Source: the human T2T-CHM13v2.0 reference genome, Homo sapiens
Reading direction: 5' to 3' (one strand)
Assembly: GCF_009914755.1 (NCBI RefSeq)
Contig: NC_060929.1
DNA: 64,000 bases
The translations under genes were made by a program, and so were the position numbers. Numbering within the stretch: position 1 is the first letter of the stretch; each line of letters opens with the position of its first letter. The notes under the pieces are model-generated. The model worked only from the letters and a program-made list of their open reading frames with translations. It did not search any database and was not told the DNA's origin. Shown piece after piece: positions 31,407 to 44,235 of this stretch.

Positions 31407-34164
31407 CTGCAGGGAGACAGATTGTCACTACTGACCAGCCAGCTTGCCCACAGGGCCCACCACCATACCAGGCCCTAGTACAAGCCAAGCACCATCCTAC
31501 TCAGGCTTCAACAGCAACCAAGAAGAGACCCAGGCCCCAGCACAGCACATTCCTCCCGAAAGCACAGGCCCCAGTGAAAGACAGCTCCTGAGTTCTAGGA
31601 CCGCTCCTAGTACAGCCAAGTCCACATACTGGAAGTCCCAATACAGCGCAGGCCCCAGTGTTATTATAGCCCCTATGCTACCCCAATAACCCTCATCCAG
31701 TGCAACCGCTTGTTATAGCACAACCCTTCTAGTTCTAACCCAGCTTCCCAATATTGGCACAGCCTCCCTTTAATCCCAGAATGACCTGTAATACGGTGTA
31801 GAGCCCAATACCAGAGTAACATAATACCACCCGACTCCCCTAATTCCAGCTCAGCCTCTAAACACCAGCATAGCCTGCAGTTTCTAGAACAGCTTCCTAA
31901 AAGAAGCAGACTCCTAACTCCCAAACAGCTCACCAATACCACAACAGTTAGTTCCCTCATTTCCAAACAGCACCCTCCAAACTCCAGCTCCTCACCTGTC
32001 TCACTGCTCTTGCCACTGCCTCCTTCCAAATGAGGGAACAACCTTTCTTTTCTTATCCTGTGTTCCTAATCCCTGGTTTGTGATGTTGCAGCAGTCTGAA
32101 GACTCCCTGCTGTCGCCCCTCCCACTCAGCCCCCCATCCCCACTTCACTCCCCTCCAGAGAGGCCTGGGAGTGGAAAAAAAGGGAGGAGCCTGATAACAA
32201 ACCAGGGCACCTGGGGGAAGGGGACAAAGCAGAACAATGGAAACTCCCCAGTCCTCCCGATCAGGAAATAGAATATTCACTGGAGAGGGTAGGGCTCTGC
32301 CAGGAGCCTGGACATGGGGAGAGGGCATGGCACCCATTAGGGATTAGGAAAGCTGGTCTCAAAGGGAGACTCCTTCCAGGAAATAGAAAGGAGCTTCTGG
32401 GAGGGCTGCTGGCATGAGGAGCCAGACTTGGAGGCTTGGACTGGGGACTGGGGGTCGGGGGAGTGGAACCGTGACAGGCTGCTCCCAGCCAGCAGCCCTG
32501 TATGCCTGCCACAGGTTAACGATCAGCCCTGGAACCTGGCAATCTCAACTTGGCACTTGGCACAACCAGCCAGCCACCCAAATACCCACTTGGGACTGCC
32601 ACAGATTTTCCTGCCAACCAGAAATTAGGAGTTGTGGAGGGTGCAGACTCAGGGTCCCTGGAGGCCAGGGGTGAAAACAGCTAAGCCCAGGGCCCTGCTG
32701 ATGAGTCTCTAAGCTCCTTCCCATCCTCCAAGACTTTGGCAGTGCTTTGTCTTACTCTATAACTCTGGATAGGAGGTTATGAAGATGGCCAGGGGAGGTG
32801 GCCCTGGCTTTGTAGACTTACCCTCCTAATAGCCCCATTCAAGGCAGCTAGGGTGGAAGAGGCTGTCAGGACAGGAGTTTTGGAGCTGCTGTGAAGGTAG
32901 CCCAGAACTGCCTCCCCACTATCCCCATTCCTGAAGATGGCTCCCACCTCATCTTCAGGAATAAGCGACCGTTCTTGGAATCCTTGTATTGATCTAAAAC
33001 ACTGAAGGGTCTGGGTGATGACTGATAAGGTCCCCAAAACTAACATGGATGTTTGGGGCCGGGAGGCTATAAAGGAGTGTAGTCCACCTGGTGTAGGGGT
33101 GATTAGGGTCCAGGAGGGGTCTGGGAGGCACAGGGCAACATGGTTGTTGGTGCTTCTCTTTCCAGTTTTCTTTCAAGATACTGGCCAGCAGTCCCACCTC
33201 CCTGCAGAACCCATATCTGGTAATTGAAGGCTTTGGTCCTGCCTACTAAGCAAGTCGCTTGGTCTCTTTTCCCATGATTCTTTTCCATAAAATGGAGGGT
33301 TGGGTTATACCCAACACTTAATGTTCCCTCTAATTTTATGACTATCAAATTATAAAAGCCCAGATCAAAAAATCTCTCTCAAACTCTTTGAGTCCTGAAG
33401 CTCTAGACACTTGCTGATTATTTCCAGTTGGCTCTGCCTACTGGCCCTTAAGATTCAACATGTCTGAAACCAAATGCTTCTTCAATTAGCTTCTGTATGG
33501 GCAATGATCTCATCACTATCCTATCACCCAGACTCAGAAGGCTGATGTCTACCTGAGAATCCTGGTAGCTCTCCCCTCATTCCCTATCCCTACCTCATAT
33601 CCAATTATCCCTTGAATCCTGTGGGTCCTTTCTCCCTAACCTTTGCCAAATCCATCCATCCATCACCCCCATTGCCACCATCATAGTCCAACTCTTAGAG
33701 GTTCAGTCCTGTACCTTCATCTCTATGCCCTTTTAAGCCCACCATATATTCCAGTGCTCTTTCTAAAACTCAGTTCATCTAAAACACTCATGAGCTTTCA
33801 GGGACTAGTTCCTTCTGAAGAACTTTTGGTAAGGCACCTATGTCCTCTACAACCTACAGTTCTTCCAGTCTCATCTTTCAGCTTTCTCTTATGCCCCTCT
33901 TCTTGCCAGAATATTCCTTTTTCTGCCCTTTCCCTGCCTCCAACTTGGTTCACTTCTGCCGCAGGAGTTTGCTTACACGGTGACCCTGTGAGGAGGCAGG
34001 GGACCCTCCTGCCCTAATCCTGCTCATCATTGACAAGCTGACTTTCTCCTTCCAGAAGCCCATTTCCATGTCTTGTACAAGTTTTCCCATACTGTGCTCG
34101 TCAAAGGAAGGGAGGGGCAATATGGTGAAATAAATTCAGAAAACTCAAGAGGTAAACAAAATTG

Positions 34165-35176
<1,012 letters not shown>

Positions 35177-36584
35177 TCACTTGTCTGTCTTGTACAAGTA
35201 TGGCCATTTTTTCATCAGGGTCTAGTACCATGCTGAGTACTCAGTGGAAACTTGGCCTGTGTGTGTTGATGATGACAACAGGTGGTGTGGTTTGGTTGTA
35301 TCTGAATGTTGGGAGAAGACATTCAGTGTGGCTCCATGGATGGGTTAGGTTGGATTAGAGCTGAGTAAGAGACAATCCCTCAGATCATGGGAAAGAAAAA
35401 GAGATGAAGACGCTAAAGGAATAGGAGAAAGACGGAAGGAATGCCAGAAAGGACAGAAAAGGAAGAGAAAGAATGGGAGGTCAGGAGTTGCTGGAGATCA
35501 CGATATGGTTAGATCTCACTTCCCCAGGCCCCACTCCTCCAAGGACCCAAGGAGTTTTTACTTTGGGGGCCCCCCAGGGCATTGGGGGAATTTGTGGATG
35601 GAATCAGAGGAGAGAGCTGGAGCCTTGGTCCTCTTGGGAGTGTCTCAAGCCTCTTTAGTCACCATGGAGATAGGTTGCCTCTGGCCTCAGAGACTCCCCC
35701 AGGGCCTGAGGCCCCTCAGCCACGATTTAGCCTTCCTCCAACTCAGGCACAACCAGAGACAGGGCAGACCCAGGAGAGCAAGAAGTGAGAGATGGAGAGA
35801 GAGAGAGTGCAAGCAAGCAACCCAGGGTGGCCAGAGCAAGGAGTGGAAAGTGGGGAGGGAGGTAGCATCACAGGCGGAAGGCAGAACTAGGAAGCCTCTG
35901 CTCATGAGCAGGGAACCCCCTAAGAGTGGGGGTGCAGGGCAGGTCAATGCAAAGAACTTAGGAATTCGCCATGTCTCCCCCAGGGCCCCGCTCCCTGCAG
36001 CTCAGGCTGGTGATCATGGTGGGGAGACACAGGGGAGGGCCAGCGAATTGCTGGGTGTTGCCTGTTGTTGGGATGAAGAGGCTGGGGAAGGGACTTGAGG
36101 GAAGGACTTGCCCTGGGGGAAGGTGGCTGGTGTAATCAAGAGGTTCTCTGCCTTCACCTAAGGCAGGAAGGAAGGCTGAATGCTACTCCCTACCAGGTGC
36201 TCCAGTCTGAGGTCTGTCAGAGGCAACTGTTTGAGCAGATTGGAAAAATCAATCCTCAGATGGGGCAGGACTTGGGTATAGCTCCACCTGCCCTTTCTGG
36301 GTCATTCTTAGGAAGAAAGCCCTATAGACATGGGGCAAGGGGACACATTGCCAGACACCTCCATTTGAAGGCTGGTCAGAAGGCCACTTTCCCAGACGTG
36401 GATAGGGACATGGGGGTGGATGGCAAGATGGTAGGCTAAGATAGTGTGGGGTACAATGGGCAGGTCTAGGATGTGGCAAGAGGCAAAGAGAAGGGAAGGG
36501 GAAATTGAGGTAGGACCTGAGGACAAAGGGCTGCTTCCAGTCTCTCTCGCTGCTTCTCTCAGTTCCAGAAAATAAGAAACCAAA

Positions 36585-36608
36585 ACTCCAAAAATAGAGA
36601 ACTTTATT
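36585..36608 (-). terminator. Poly(A) signal of the short isoform (intronic polyadenylation)
   Basis: AATAAA at 36608-36603 followed on the minus strand by a U/GU-rich tract (ttctctatttttggagttttggtttc). Confidence 0.8.
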
Positions 36609-37082
36609 GTCAGGGTCAAGGGCATGTGGGACCCAGCCCCAGAAGCCTAGTGGTGAGGAAGAGGTTAATGCACAATACACACAGAAGGCACAATGGGAAG
36701 GTGCCCTCCCCTGGCAGACTCCCCACTCAGTTATCCACAGGACCCCAGGTCTCCCTGTTTCCCTCCTAGAGAAGCACCTAGGTCTGGTCTGACATAGAGA
36801 CCTAGGTTTGGAGTAGACTTCTTACCCATTTCCCTCCCCACTTACGCTCACCTGCCTACCACCCCCAACCCATAAGGCCCAGTAGCTGGTCCAGGGTCCA
36901 GGGACTTGGCAAATCACAGGTCTCTCCCCAGTGGGGAGAGGGCAGGGAGGAGACCACAGAGCACACCCTCCCTTAATCTTCACTCAGCCTAATCCGTGTG
37001 CCGGGTGAGGCACTAAGGCCCCACCTCCCACTGCTGGCTCAGGCTGGCCCCCAACACGGGCAGGCACAGTAAACCTGCTCCA

Positions 37083-39362
37083 TCACTCCCACACCTCGGT
37101 CCAGATGGCTCCGTGGTAGGGGTGGGGTAGGGGCTGGGGTGTGCTGAGCTGAAAGGGCTGGCCTACCTGCTTGCTGGGGTATTTGGGGGGGTTGGTGCGG
37201 TAGCTGTAGTCGGAGTACTGCTCAGAGCCCGTGGACGTGGTGTCCCCGGTGCCCACGAATGTGTTTGCAGGTGGCAGGTCCTGTACCACCTGGTGCTTCT
37301 TGGAGGCTGAGGGTGACTGGGGCTGCAGCTGGATGGAAGGCAGTGGGGAGTTAGAGCGATAGTGGCGGCCCAGGTCAGGGCTGCCTGGTGGGTAGTTGAG
37401 GGGCAGGTGGATGCGGGGACTGTCCCCAGGGGCATCGCTCATCAGGTTGAACTTGAGGGACTTCTGCAGCCCGGCCTCATCCTCGTCCTCCACTGGCTTC
37501 ACGGGCTTTGGGGACTTGCTCTTCTTGCCTTTGCTTTTGTTTCCCTTGGAGGCCTTGCCACTGGGCTTGGGGGCATACAGGTCCTTGGTCTCCTTCTTAC
37601 CAGCCTGGTAACCACTTTTGGCCTCCCGCTGTCTGCAGTAGCGCACAAGAACCGCCAGGGCGATGAGCAAGGCCACGGCCACCACACCAGCCACCACACC
37701 AAAGAGAATGTTGCCACGCTGCTTGGAGCGCTCATATTCTGGATCCCCAGCAATGTCAATATCCAGCGGCGTGTCCAGGCTGTGGCCCAGGAGGGTCTCC
37801 AGCAGCGTGCGGTTGGCCAGAGTCTCATTGACATAAAGATGGACCAAGGCTGTGCCATAGCGTGGGGGCTTGCCGCGGTCACTGACCTTCACCACCAGGC
37901 GGTGTAGCCCATGGTGGCGCCGCTCAATCTCCTTCTCCAGGGTGATGGCACCTGAATGTGACCCAATCTGGAAGAGTCCATAAGGGTTGCCACCTGCAAT
38001 GCTGTAGATCAGCTCAGCATTGACACCAGAGTCAAAGTCCTCGGCTGCCACCTGGCTGACCGTCTCACCAAGACGTGTCTGGGGGGTCAGCAGCTTGTGA
38101 GAGGTGTTAGAAGGGGCAGTGATATAGGGTGCGTTGTCATTCTCGTCCAGCACATTGATGGTGACACCAACGTAAGCTGAGCGAGGTGGGACGCCACCAT
38201 CCACTGCCTTCAGCTGGAAGGTGTAGGTGCTTTGTTGCTCTCGATCAAAGCTCAGGCTGGATAGGATGGTGCCTGTGCCATTCTGGATAACAAAGTCACC
38301 GTTGTCCTGCTCCACTGAGAGCTGCACCTGGGCATTCTCCCCCTTGTCTCCATCAATGACAGTCACCATGCCCACTGGACTCAGTGCTGGCATGTTCTCC
38401 ATCACTGAGAAGTTGTAGCCACTCAGCATAAATTTGGGGTCATTGTCATTGCAGTCCAGCACATTGACAAGGACAGTGGCTGTGCCCTGGAGGCTAGGAC
38501 TGCCCCGGTCAGCTGCCACCACCTTCAACTCATAGCTCTCCCGCTGTTCCCGATCCAGAGATGTCTTCACCTGGATCTCTCCAGTCTCGGGTGAGATGGT
38601 GAAGAGGCCCTTAGCAGCCGGCTCAGGCTCCAGAGAGTAAACCAGCTCAGCATTAGAGCCAGAGTCAGCATCACTGGCAGTGATCTCAGCAATCACTTCA
38701 CCAGGCTTGTTGTTTTCCGGGAAGGCGACCTCAGTGACACTCTGAGTGAAGACAGGTGCGTTGTCATTGACGTCCACCACCTGCACCTTGAGGGAGTTAG
38801 TGCTGGAGAGTGGGGGGTTGCCAGAGTCCACAGCCACAATCTCAATGGTGTAGTCTTTGACCTTCTCGTAGTCTAGCGGGGTGGTAGTCTGCAGGAAATA
38901 CTTCTTCTTGCTGTCACTGCCTGTCTCACTGGCCTGGCGCAGCTGGAAGGGCACATCACCTGCCACCACACAGGTGACAGCTGCATTCTCTCCCTCATCT
39001 CGGTCAGACACCTGCACCAGGGCCACAGCTGTCTCCTCTGCCACATCCTCTGAGATGTTAGCCATCCCATCTTGATGAGTCACTAGCCCTATGCCCCGGA
39101 TCTCAATGGTGGGGGCATTGTCATTCATGTCCTTCACGGTCACAACCACCTGGGCACGGGCACTCTTGGGGTTGGTGCCTCGGTCCTTAGCAAGCACTGA
39201 GAAGCGCAGGGTGCTTAGGTCCTCACGGTCCACCGGGCCCTGAACAGTGATAAGTCCAGTGTTCCTGTCCAGTCGAAGAAGACGCCTCACAACTTCGGGC
39301 GCCTGGTGGAATGTGTATTCGATTTCTGCATTGGCACCTTGGTCTGAGTCATTGGCCTTCAC
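37083..39362 (-). CDS. PCDH1: PCDH1 exon 3 read-through, terminal exon of the short isoform (1060 aa, ends TEVWE)
   Basis: ORF continues past the internal donor to TGA at 37083; 903+2280 nt = 1061 codons; own AATAAA at 36603-36608. Confidence 0.93.
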   Translation of the reverse strand: MKANDSDQGANAEIEYTFHQAPEVVRRLLRLDRNTGLITVQGPVDREDLSTLRFSVLAKDRGTNPKSARAQVVVTVKDMNDNAPTIEIRGIGLVTHQDGMANISEDVAEETAVALVQVSDRDEGENAAVTCVVAGDVPFQLRQASETGSDSKKKYFLQTTTPLDYEKVKDYTIEIVAVDSGNPPLSSTNSLKVQVVDVNDNAPVFTQSVTEVAFPENNKPGEVIAEITASDADSGSNAELVYSLEPEPAAKGLFTISPETGEIQVKTSLDREQRESYELKVVAADRGSPSLQGTATVLVNVLDCNDNDPKFMLSGYNFSVMENMPALSPVGMVTVIDGDKGENAQVQLSVEQDNGDFVIQNGTGTILSSLSFDREQQSTYTFQLKAVDGGVPPRSAYVGVTINVLDENDNAPYITAPSNTSHKLLTPQTRLGETVSQVAAEDFDSGVNAELIYSIAGGNPYGLFQIGSHSGAITLEKEIERRHHGLHRLVVKVSDRGKPPRYGTALVHLYVNETLANRTLLETLLGHSLDTPLDIDIAGDPEYERSKQRGNILFGVVAGVVAVALLIALAVLVRYCRQREAKSGYQAGKKETKDLYAPKPSGKASKGNKSKGKKSKSPKPVKPVEDEDEAGLQKSLKFNLMSDAPGDSPRIHLPLNYPPGSPDLGRHYRSNSPLPSIQLQPQSPSASKKHQVVQDLPPANTFVGTGDTTSTGSEQYSDYSYRTNPPKYPSKQVGQPFQLSTPQPLPHPYHGAIWTEVWE
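37167..39362 (-). CDS. PCDH1: PCDH1 exon 3, long-isoform form (2196 nt): EC3-EC7, membrane-proximal region, TM helix, proximal cytoplasmic tail
   Basis: Acceptor cctatag| at 39363; repeated DxNDN and LDRE motifs; TM ILFGVVAGVVAVALLIALAVLV; internal donor CAG|GTAGGC at 37166, phase 0. Confidence 0.97.
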
Positions 39363-39828
39363 CTATAGGGCAGGAGAGAAAAACAAGGAGAACAGAGATG
39401 GTTTAGATCAGGGATAGCAAATAAAGGGGCACACATGCTGCCAATGTCCTTTCCAACAAGCATGGCAGACACAGCCAATCCAACATCGCTCCCTTTCCAG
39501 AAGCCATGTGTGTCCTGCCTTTTCCCAATTCGGACATTCTGGCAGGCATTACTAACCTATTTTCCTGAAGAGCCCAGATGCAGCCTGCAAATCCTCAACA
39601 GTGCTACAGGCAACTATTGGAGATGGGACAGGGCAGAATTAAACCTCACTTGTCATTGCTGTATGGGTCCACAAAAATACCAGGAGAGGATGAGGATCCA
39701 ATAGAACTAGGGAAGCCATTTCACCAATGAACCCTGCCTGAACCCTCCTGAAGAGATGGAGAGGTGCGAGTAGTAGAGGCGGTGTGTGTGCCCATGTGAA
39801 TGTGCACTACATGCACGCATGCACATAT

Positions 39829-39966
39829 GTATGTGTATGATTGTGTCAGAATGTGTGATTAAATGTGATATGTTTGTGTGAGAAGGTATATGTGTTTGTA
39901 TGTGTATGATTGTGTCAGAATGTGTGATTATGTGTGATTTTTGTGTGAGAAGGTATATGTGTTTGT
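39829..39966 (+). repeat. Tandem duplication of an approximately 69-bp TG-rich unit
   Basis: atgtgtatgattgtgtcagaatgtgtgatta...gtgtgagaaggtatatgtgtttgt starts at 39831 and again at 39900. Confidence 0.9.
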
Positions 39967-40479
39967 GCATATGTGTGTTTGCACACATGAGTAAAGACTC
40001 ACATGCCCATCTGAAGGCCCCAGGTTGGGGGATTTCTTTTGAAAGAAGTCAGGTAGGGTTGTGGGTCAGAGAAGCCCTCCAGGCCGGGCCCCAGCCACCG
40101 CTCTGTCAAACCGGGGAAACCTGTTTCAGCAGCAACTTCTCCTCCCGACTGGCACCGGCTGGCGAGGCACCAATGCGAGGAATCCGGCCTGAGCCTGCAG
40201 CCAGGAGGGAGGGGTTGATGCAGGCCACAGAGCCTGCTGGCAGTGGGCTGGGCTCCCAGCATCAAACAATGAACTGTCTGTCCCTCTGCAGTCAGCGGGC
40301 ACACCCTCCCACGCCAACTCCAACGCGCACTCGACTCAACTCTATACAAACATGGTTGGTAATGGGGAAGAGGACCCAGGTGGGAATGGCCATGGGGTAC
40401 TACTGGGCAGGGAGAAACATGAGGGCTGGAGTTAGGTCACAGCCAGACAGAATGTGACTGCTGTGGGGAGTGAGGGGAG

Positions 40480-41480
40480 AATAAGCATAACTTGGCAGAG
40501 TCTCTGGGGTAACAAAACAGAAGAGTCCTGGGTTCAAATCCCAGTTATACCACTTCCCAAGTAACTATGTGACCTTGGGCCAATTATTTAACCTCCCTAA
40601 GCCTCAGTCTATGAATGTGTGAAATGGGGATAATAATGTAACCTATTTCACAGAACTGTGGTGAGCATCAAATGGGATAATACAGGTAAAAATGCCTGAC
40701 ATTGCCCGGCACAGGGAAAGTGCTCCCTAAAGAGCATGTATTTCTTTTTGTCTGTCCAACCATCTACCCTCCTACCCGCCTGCCTCTGAAAAATCAGTGC
40801 TAATGCAGTAGTGGGCACTGCACCTAGTGAGCCCTCAAGCCACTGCCAGTCCTCTCCTCCTTGGGAATGGGAACTCCAGCTATCCCCGCCTGGGCTTTTC
40901 CTACAGTGAAGACTCCTGGGCAATGGTTCCCCAGGTACCCTGGTCTCTGCTCACATCTCTGAGTGCCAAACCCTAACAGTTTCTCCTCCCCTCACCCCAG
41001 TCTACCTGTCACCAACTTTATGATGAGGATCCCCAGTCTCCCTTGGCTCTAGATTGGTCTTCCAGCTTATCTGTCTCTTGTCTTACCTCTCTTTGTCTCT
41101 GTGACTCTTGGCTTCTGTCTCCTTTCTATCCTTGCTCAGTTCTGATTCTTCCCCTTTCCCACAGCCTGTTTTCTTCCATGCTCTCTTTTCAGCCCTGCTG
41201 ACCTCTCTGCTTACTCTCTGCCCTACTCTCCCGCTTCACCTCACTGGGAGGTGGTAAAGCTCTTACACACCTAGGCTCTGAAGCCAGACTCTTGGCTGCG
41301 GCAAAGGTGGACTCTGAACTCATTAGCTGTAGGATATCAGGCGAGTTTTCTAATCTGTTTGGGCCCGGTTTCTCATCTGCAAAATGGGGATAATACTTAC
41401 CTTGTACTGTAAGGATTAAATGATATAATACACATCATGTGTTTAGAACGGTGCCTGGCACCTAGGCTATTATTATTTGC
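40480..41480 (+). mobile_element. Two MIR copies in intron 2 (about 40480-40740 and 41260-41480)
   Basis: MIR cores (gtgaccttgggc...gcctcagt; tctcatctgcaaaatgggga). Confidence 0.75.
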
Positions 41481-42499
41481 TATCCCCGACTGTCTGTCTC
41501 CCTTTTCTTTCTCAGTCTCTTTTCCAGGTCCCAGTCCACCAGGCTCTAAAAAAAAAAAAAAAGGCTGAAACTCCCACCCATCTCCCACTTTGGCTTGAGG
41601 ACCCAGGACTAAGGGTTTTCCAGGATGGGTAATGGTGTCCAGGGCAGGCCGAGCCTCCTCAGCTCCCTCACATCAAAGAGAGAGGCATCTTCAGCCCATG
41701 GGGAAGGGGAAAGGAGCTGGGGCTGGCAGGAGGCCAGAGCTGAGATGACAGCGGGAGATACACCCACCTGTCTGCAGAGACGCTTTCTTTGCTCCCTCCC
41801 AGTCCCCAGCCCCACCAAGCTGCCTAGCGCCTGGGGCAGTTCCCATGGAGAGGGGTGCTGAGAACTTCAACAGAGGAAATTGACCCCCCACTGAACCCCA
41901 CTGTACCAAGCACCCCACATCTATGGGCACCCCATGCCTAGGGGAGGAGGCATGTATACAGACACCCTAGTATGTTTTTTCAGAACTCTGAGGGTCCCAC
42001 CTGGCTAAAATGATCTCATCTGACTTTGTCAGGAAGAGGCAAAATGAGGCTATATCCTCCAGCTTCAGGAAAACCTCATCTGGCTAAAGAGAAACTATCC
42101 CTGGTTGGGAAGATACTCTCATCTCAGGAGAGATTCTACCTGGATAAACGGTGATTCCTTTGTTCCAACTCAGCTCACCTGGCTAGCAGAGAAGGATCTA
42201 CTTGACTAGGGCGGGAGTTTTACTTCTCAGAGGTTCCCCCAGCTTGAGTCTGCCTTAGGGGTCACGGGAAACTGTTCATATGCTATTTCACTGTCACCTA
42301 AGTAGCCTGATAGAGGAAAGTAATATCACCTGCTGGGGTGGGGTGGGAAAGACTCCCCTGGCTGAGTTTGGGGAGAAGGGGTCTCACTACAGTATTCTGG
42401 CAGTTTTTCCCCTAAGTGAAGGGAACTCTCACCTGGTTGGGTGGGCTCCCATTTCTAGTGGTGGGTCACCCTGACAGTTATACGGAGGGGGCCTCTCAC

Positions 42500-43362
42500 C
42501 TGGATGACCGAGTGGCCTATGGGGCTATTCTCAGATAGTTCGGCCTCATAGGAGGGCCGCTCAAACTTGGGGGCGTTGTCATTGGTGTCAAGCACGGTGA
42601 CACGCAGCAGGGCACTGCTGGCGCGTGGGGGGCTGCCGCCATCCTGCACCTTGATGGTGAGGTCATAGGAGTCCCAGCGCTCACGGTCCAGGTTGCCCAT
42701 CACAATGAGCTGTGGTTGCTTCTCCTCCTGGTCCTCTGCCACCTGCAGCCCAAATAGCTCCTGGGCCTCAGGCCCAGCCTGCAGCTCATAGGATGCCACA
42801 CCGTTGGGACCAGCATCACGGTCTGAAGCCAGCGGGATGGGGAAGAGTGAGCCGATGTTGGTGTTCTCAGGGATGGCCAGAGTGATGACTGGTGAGGCGA
42901 AGTTGGGTGTGTTGTCATTGATGTCTTGTACTTCTATCTGGCCCTCTAGCAGCCGGGGGCTGCCATTCTGCACGAGGTCTGTGATAGATACCTCAAACTC
43001 CAGGATGCAGGGATCACCAGGGAGCTGGTTCTGGCATTCACGGAGCCCCTCACGGTCGATGGAGGTCTCGGTGGTGAAAATGTCACCTGTCTTGCCATCC
43101 ACGCGAAGGTACGGGGCACCCACCTCTAGCTTGTACAGGTGCCCCACATCTGGAAAACCATAGTCGGCTGCGAGGCTCCCAATGAGGGTGTTGGGTGGCT
43201 GTTCCTCCGGCACCTTGTACACTACCCGAGTGGCGTGGCCTGGGGATGGAGCCAGCAGGAGCAGCAGTGCTAGCAGCATGGAGGGCAGCAGTAGCCGTTG
43301 CCCCCCAGGGCCTGGGCTGTGCCTCAGGTGCTCCATCCTGGGAGGCCCCAGAATCAGGAGGG
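42500..43362 (-). CDS. PCDH1: PCDH1 exon 2 (863 nt): signal peptide, cadherin repeats EC1-EC2 and start of EC3
   Basis: Acceptor cttgcag| at 43363, donor CAG|GTGAGA at 42499; hydrophobic LLALLLLLA; cadherin motifs DRE, DINDNTP, DTNDNAP, AxDxD. Confidence 0.98.
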
Positions 43363-43447
43363 CTGCAAGGGGAAGAGGCAAAACAGAGGCCATGAGCTGG
43401 GAAGAAAAGCCTGGCCCTGAGCTGCCCAGAGCTGGCCCCATACTCAC

Positions 43448-43535
43448 CCTCTCCCACTGACACACGATTCTCCACAAGAGCAGTCAGTCCCAGCACAGAA
43501 CCCCGATTCCAGAAACTCAGATCCCTGAATCTCAT
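43448..43535 (-). CDS. PCDH1: PCDH1 alternative first coding exon (MRFRDLSFWNRGSVLGLTALVENRVSVGE + G); further in-frame ATG at 43619
   Basis: Consensus donor AGG|GTGAGT at 43447; 85-nt intron to the exon 2 acceptor; 88 nt = phase 1, in frame, giving an N-terminus 16 aa longer. Confidence 0.7.
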
Positions 43536-44150
43536 CCACAGCTGGGTGTAGCAGCAGTGTCTGCCCCAGCTGGAGGAGCCAGTAAGAGGCCTGGCATGCC
43601 TAGAGCAGCTCCCGCCCATGGAACACCCTCACCCACCTGACGCTCCCTGGGCCCAAGCCCGGCTGCCCGCCCTCTTTCCTTCTTTTCCTCCTTGCTCTCT
43701 GCTCTGTGCTTCACCCAACACCTCCTTCTCACGAGCATCCTGCCTTAGTCACCGATGGTAATTACCTTGATACTGAGATAGGGAGAGAGAGCCAGTGGAA
43801 GGGTGAGACCTCGAGCATCCCCAACTGGAGCACCCCTCCCCACATGCATGGTAGGAAAGAGACACAAGTACGTCCTTACACACCCCAGACCCTGGGACCT
43901 TGACTTGTCACACTGGGCTCCATTAAGGTTGGCTGGAGGGAGAGGGGATGATGTCTCATTTCTCTTTGTTCTGAGATGCCAAGTCAGTGCATATGCATGA
44001 GGTATGACATCTCAAATCCTCTTTTTCTGACAATCACCCACGGTGCCCAGTATTCTCCACCCCCATAAAAGGCCAGCTTGAATTGGGCAAGGCTTGTGAA
44101 AATGGTTAGGGTTGAGGAGTAGGTGTTAGCCTTCCCGACTTTCCCCCAAC

Positions 44151-44235
44151 ACATATGCCCCAGAACGTGCACACAGGCCACAGAGCGTGCACACATGCCC
44201 CAGAGCATGCACACATGCCCCAGAGCATGCACACA
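44151..44235 (+). repeat. 20-bp minisatellite, about 4 copies (acacatgccccagagcatgc)
   Basis: Four aligned units with few substitutions. Confidence 0.9.

Noticed and set aside
32822-32993. Possible 172-nt poison exon with strong donor AGG|GTAAGT at 32821
   Set aside because: Acceptor is ambiguous with a short pyrimidine tract; no other support
42455-43477. ORF-track ends of the 340-aa ORF taken as real protein termini
   Set aside because: Both ends run into introns; true exon limits are 43362 and 42500
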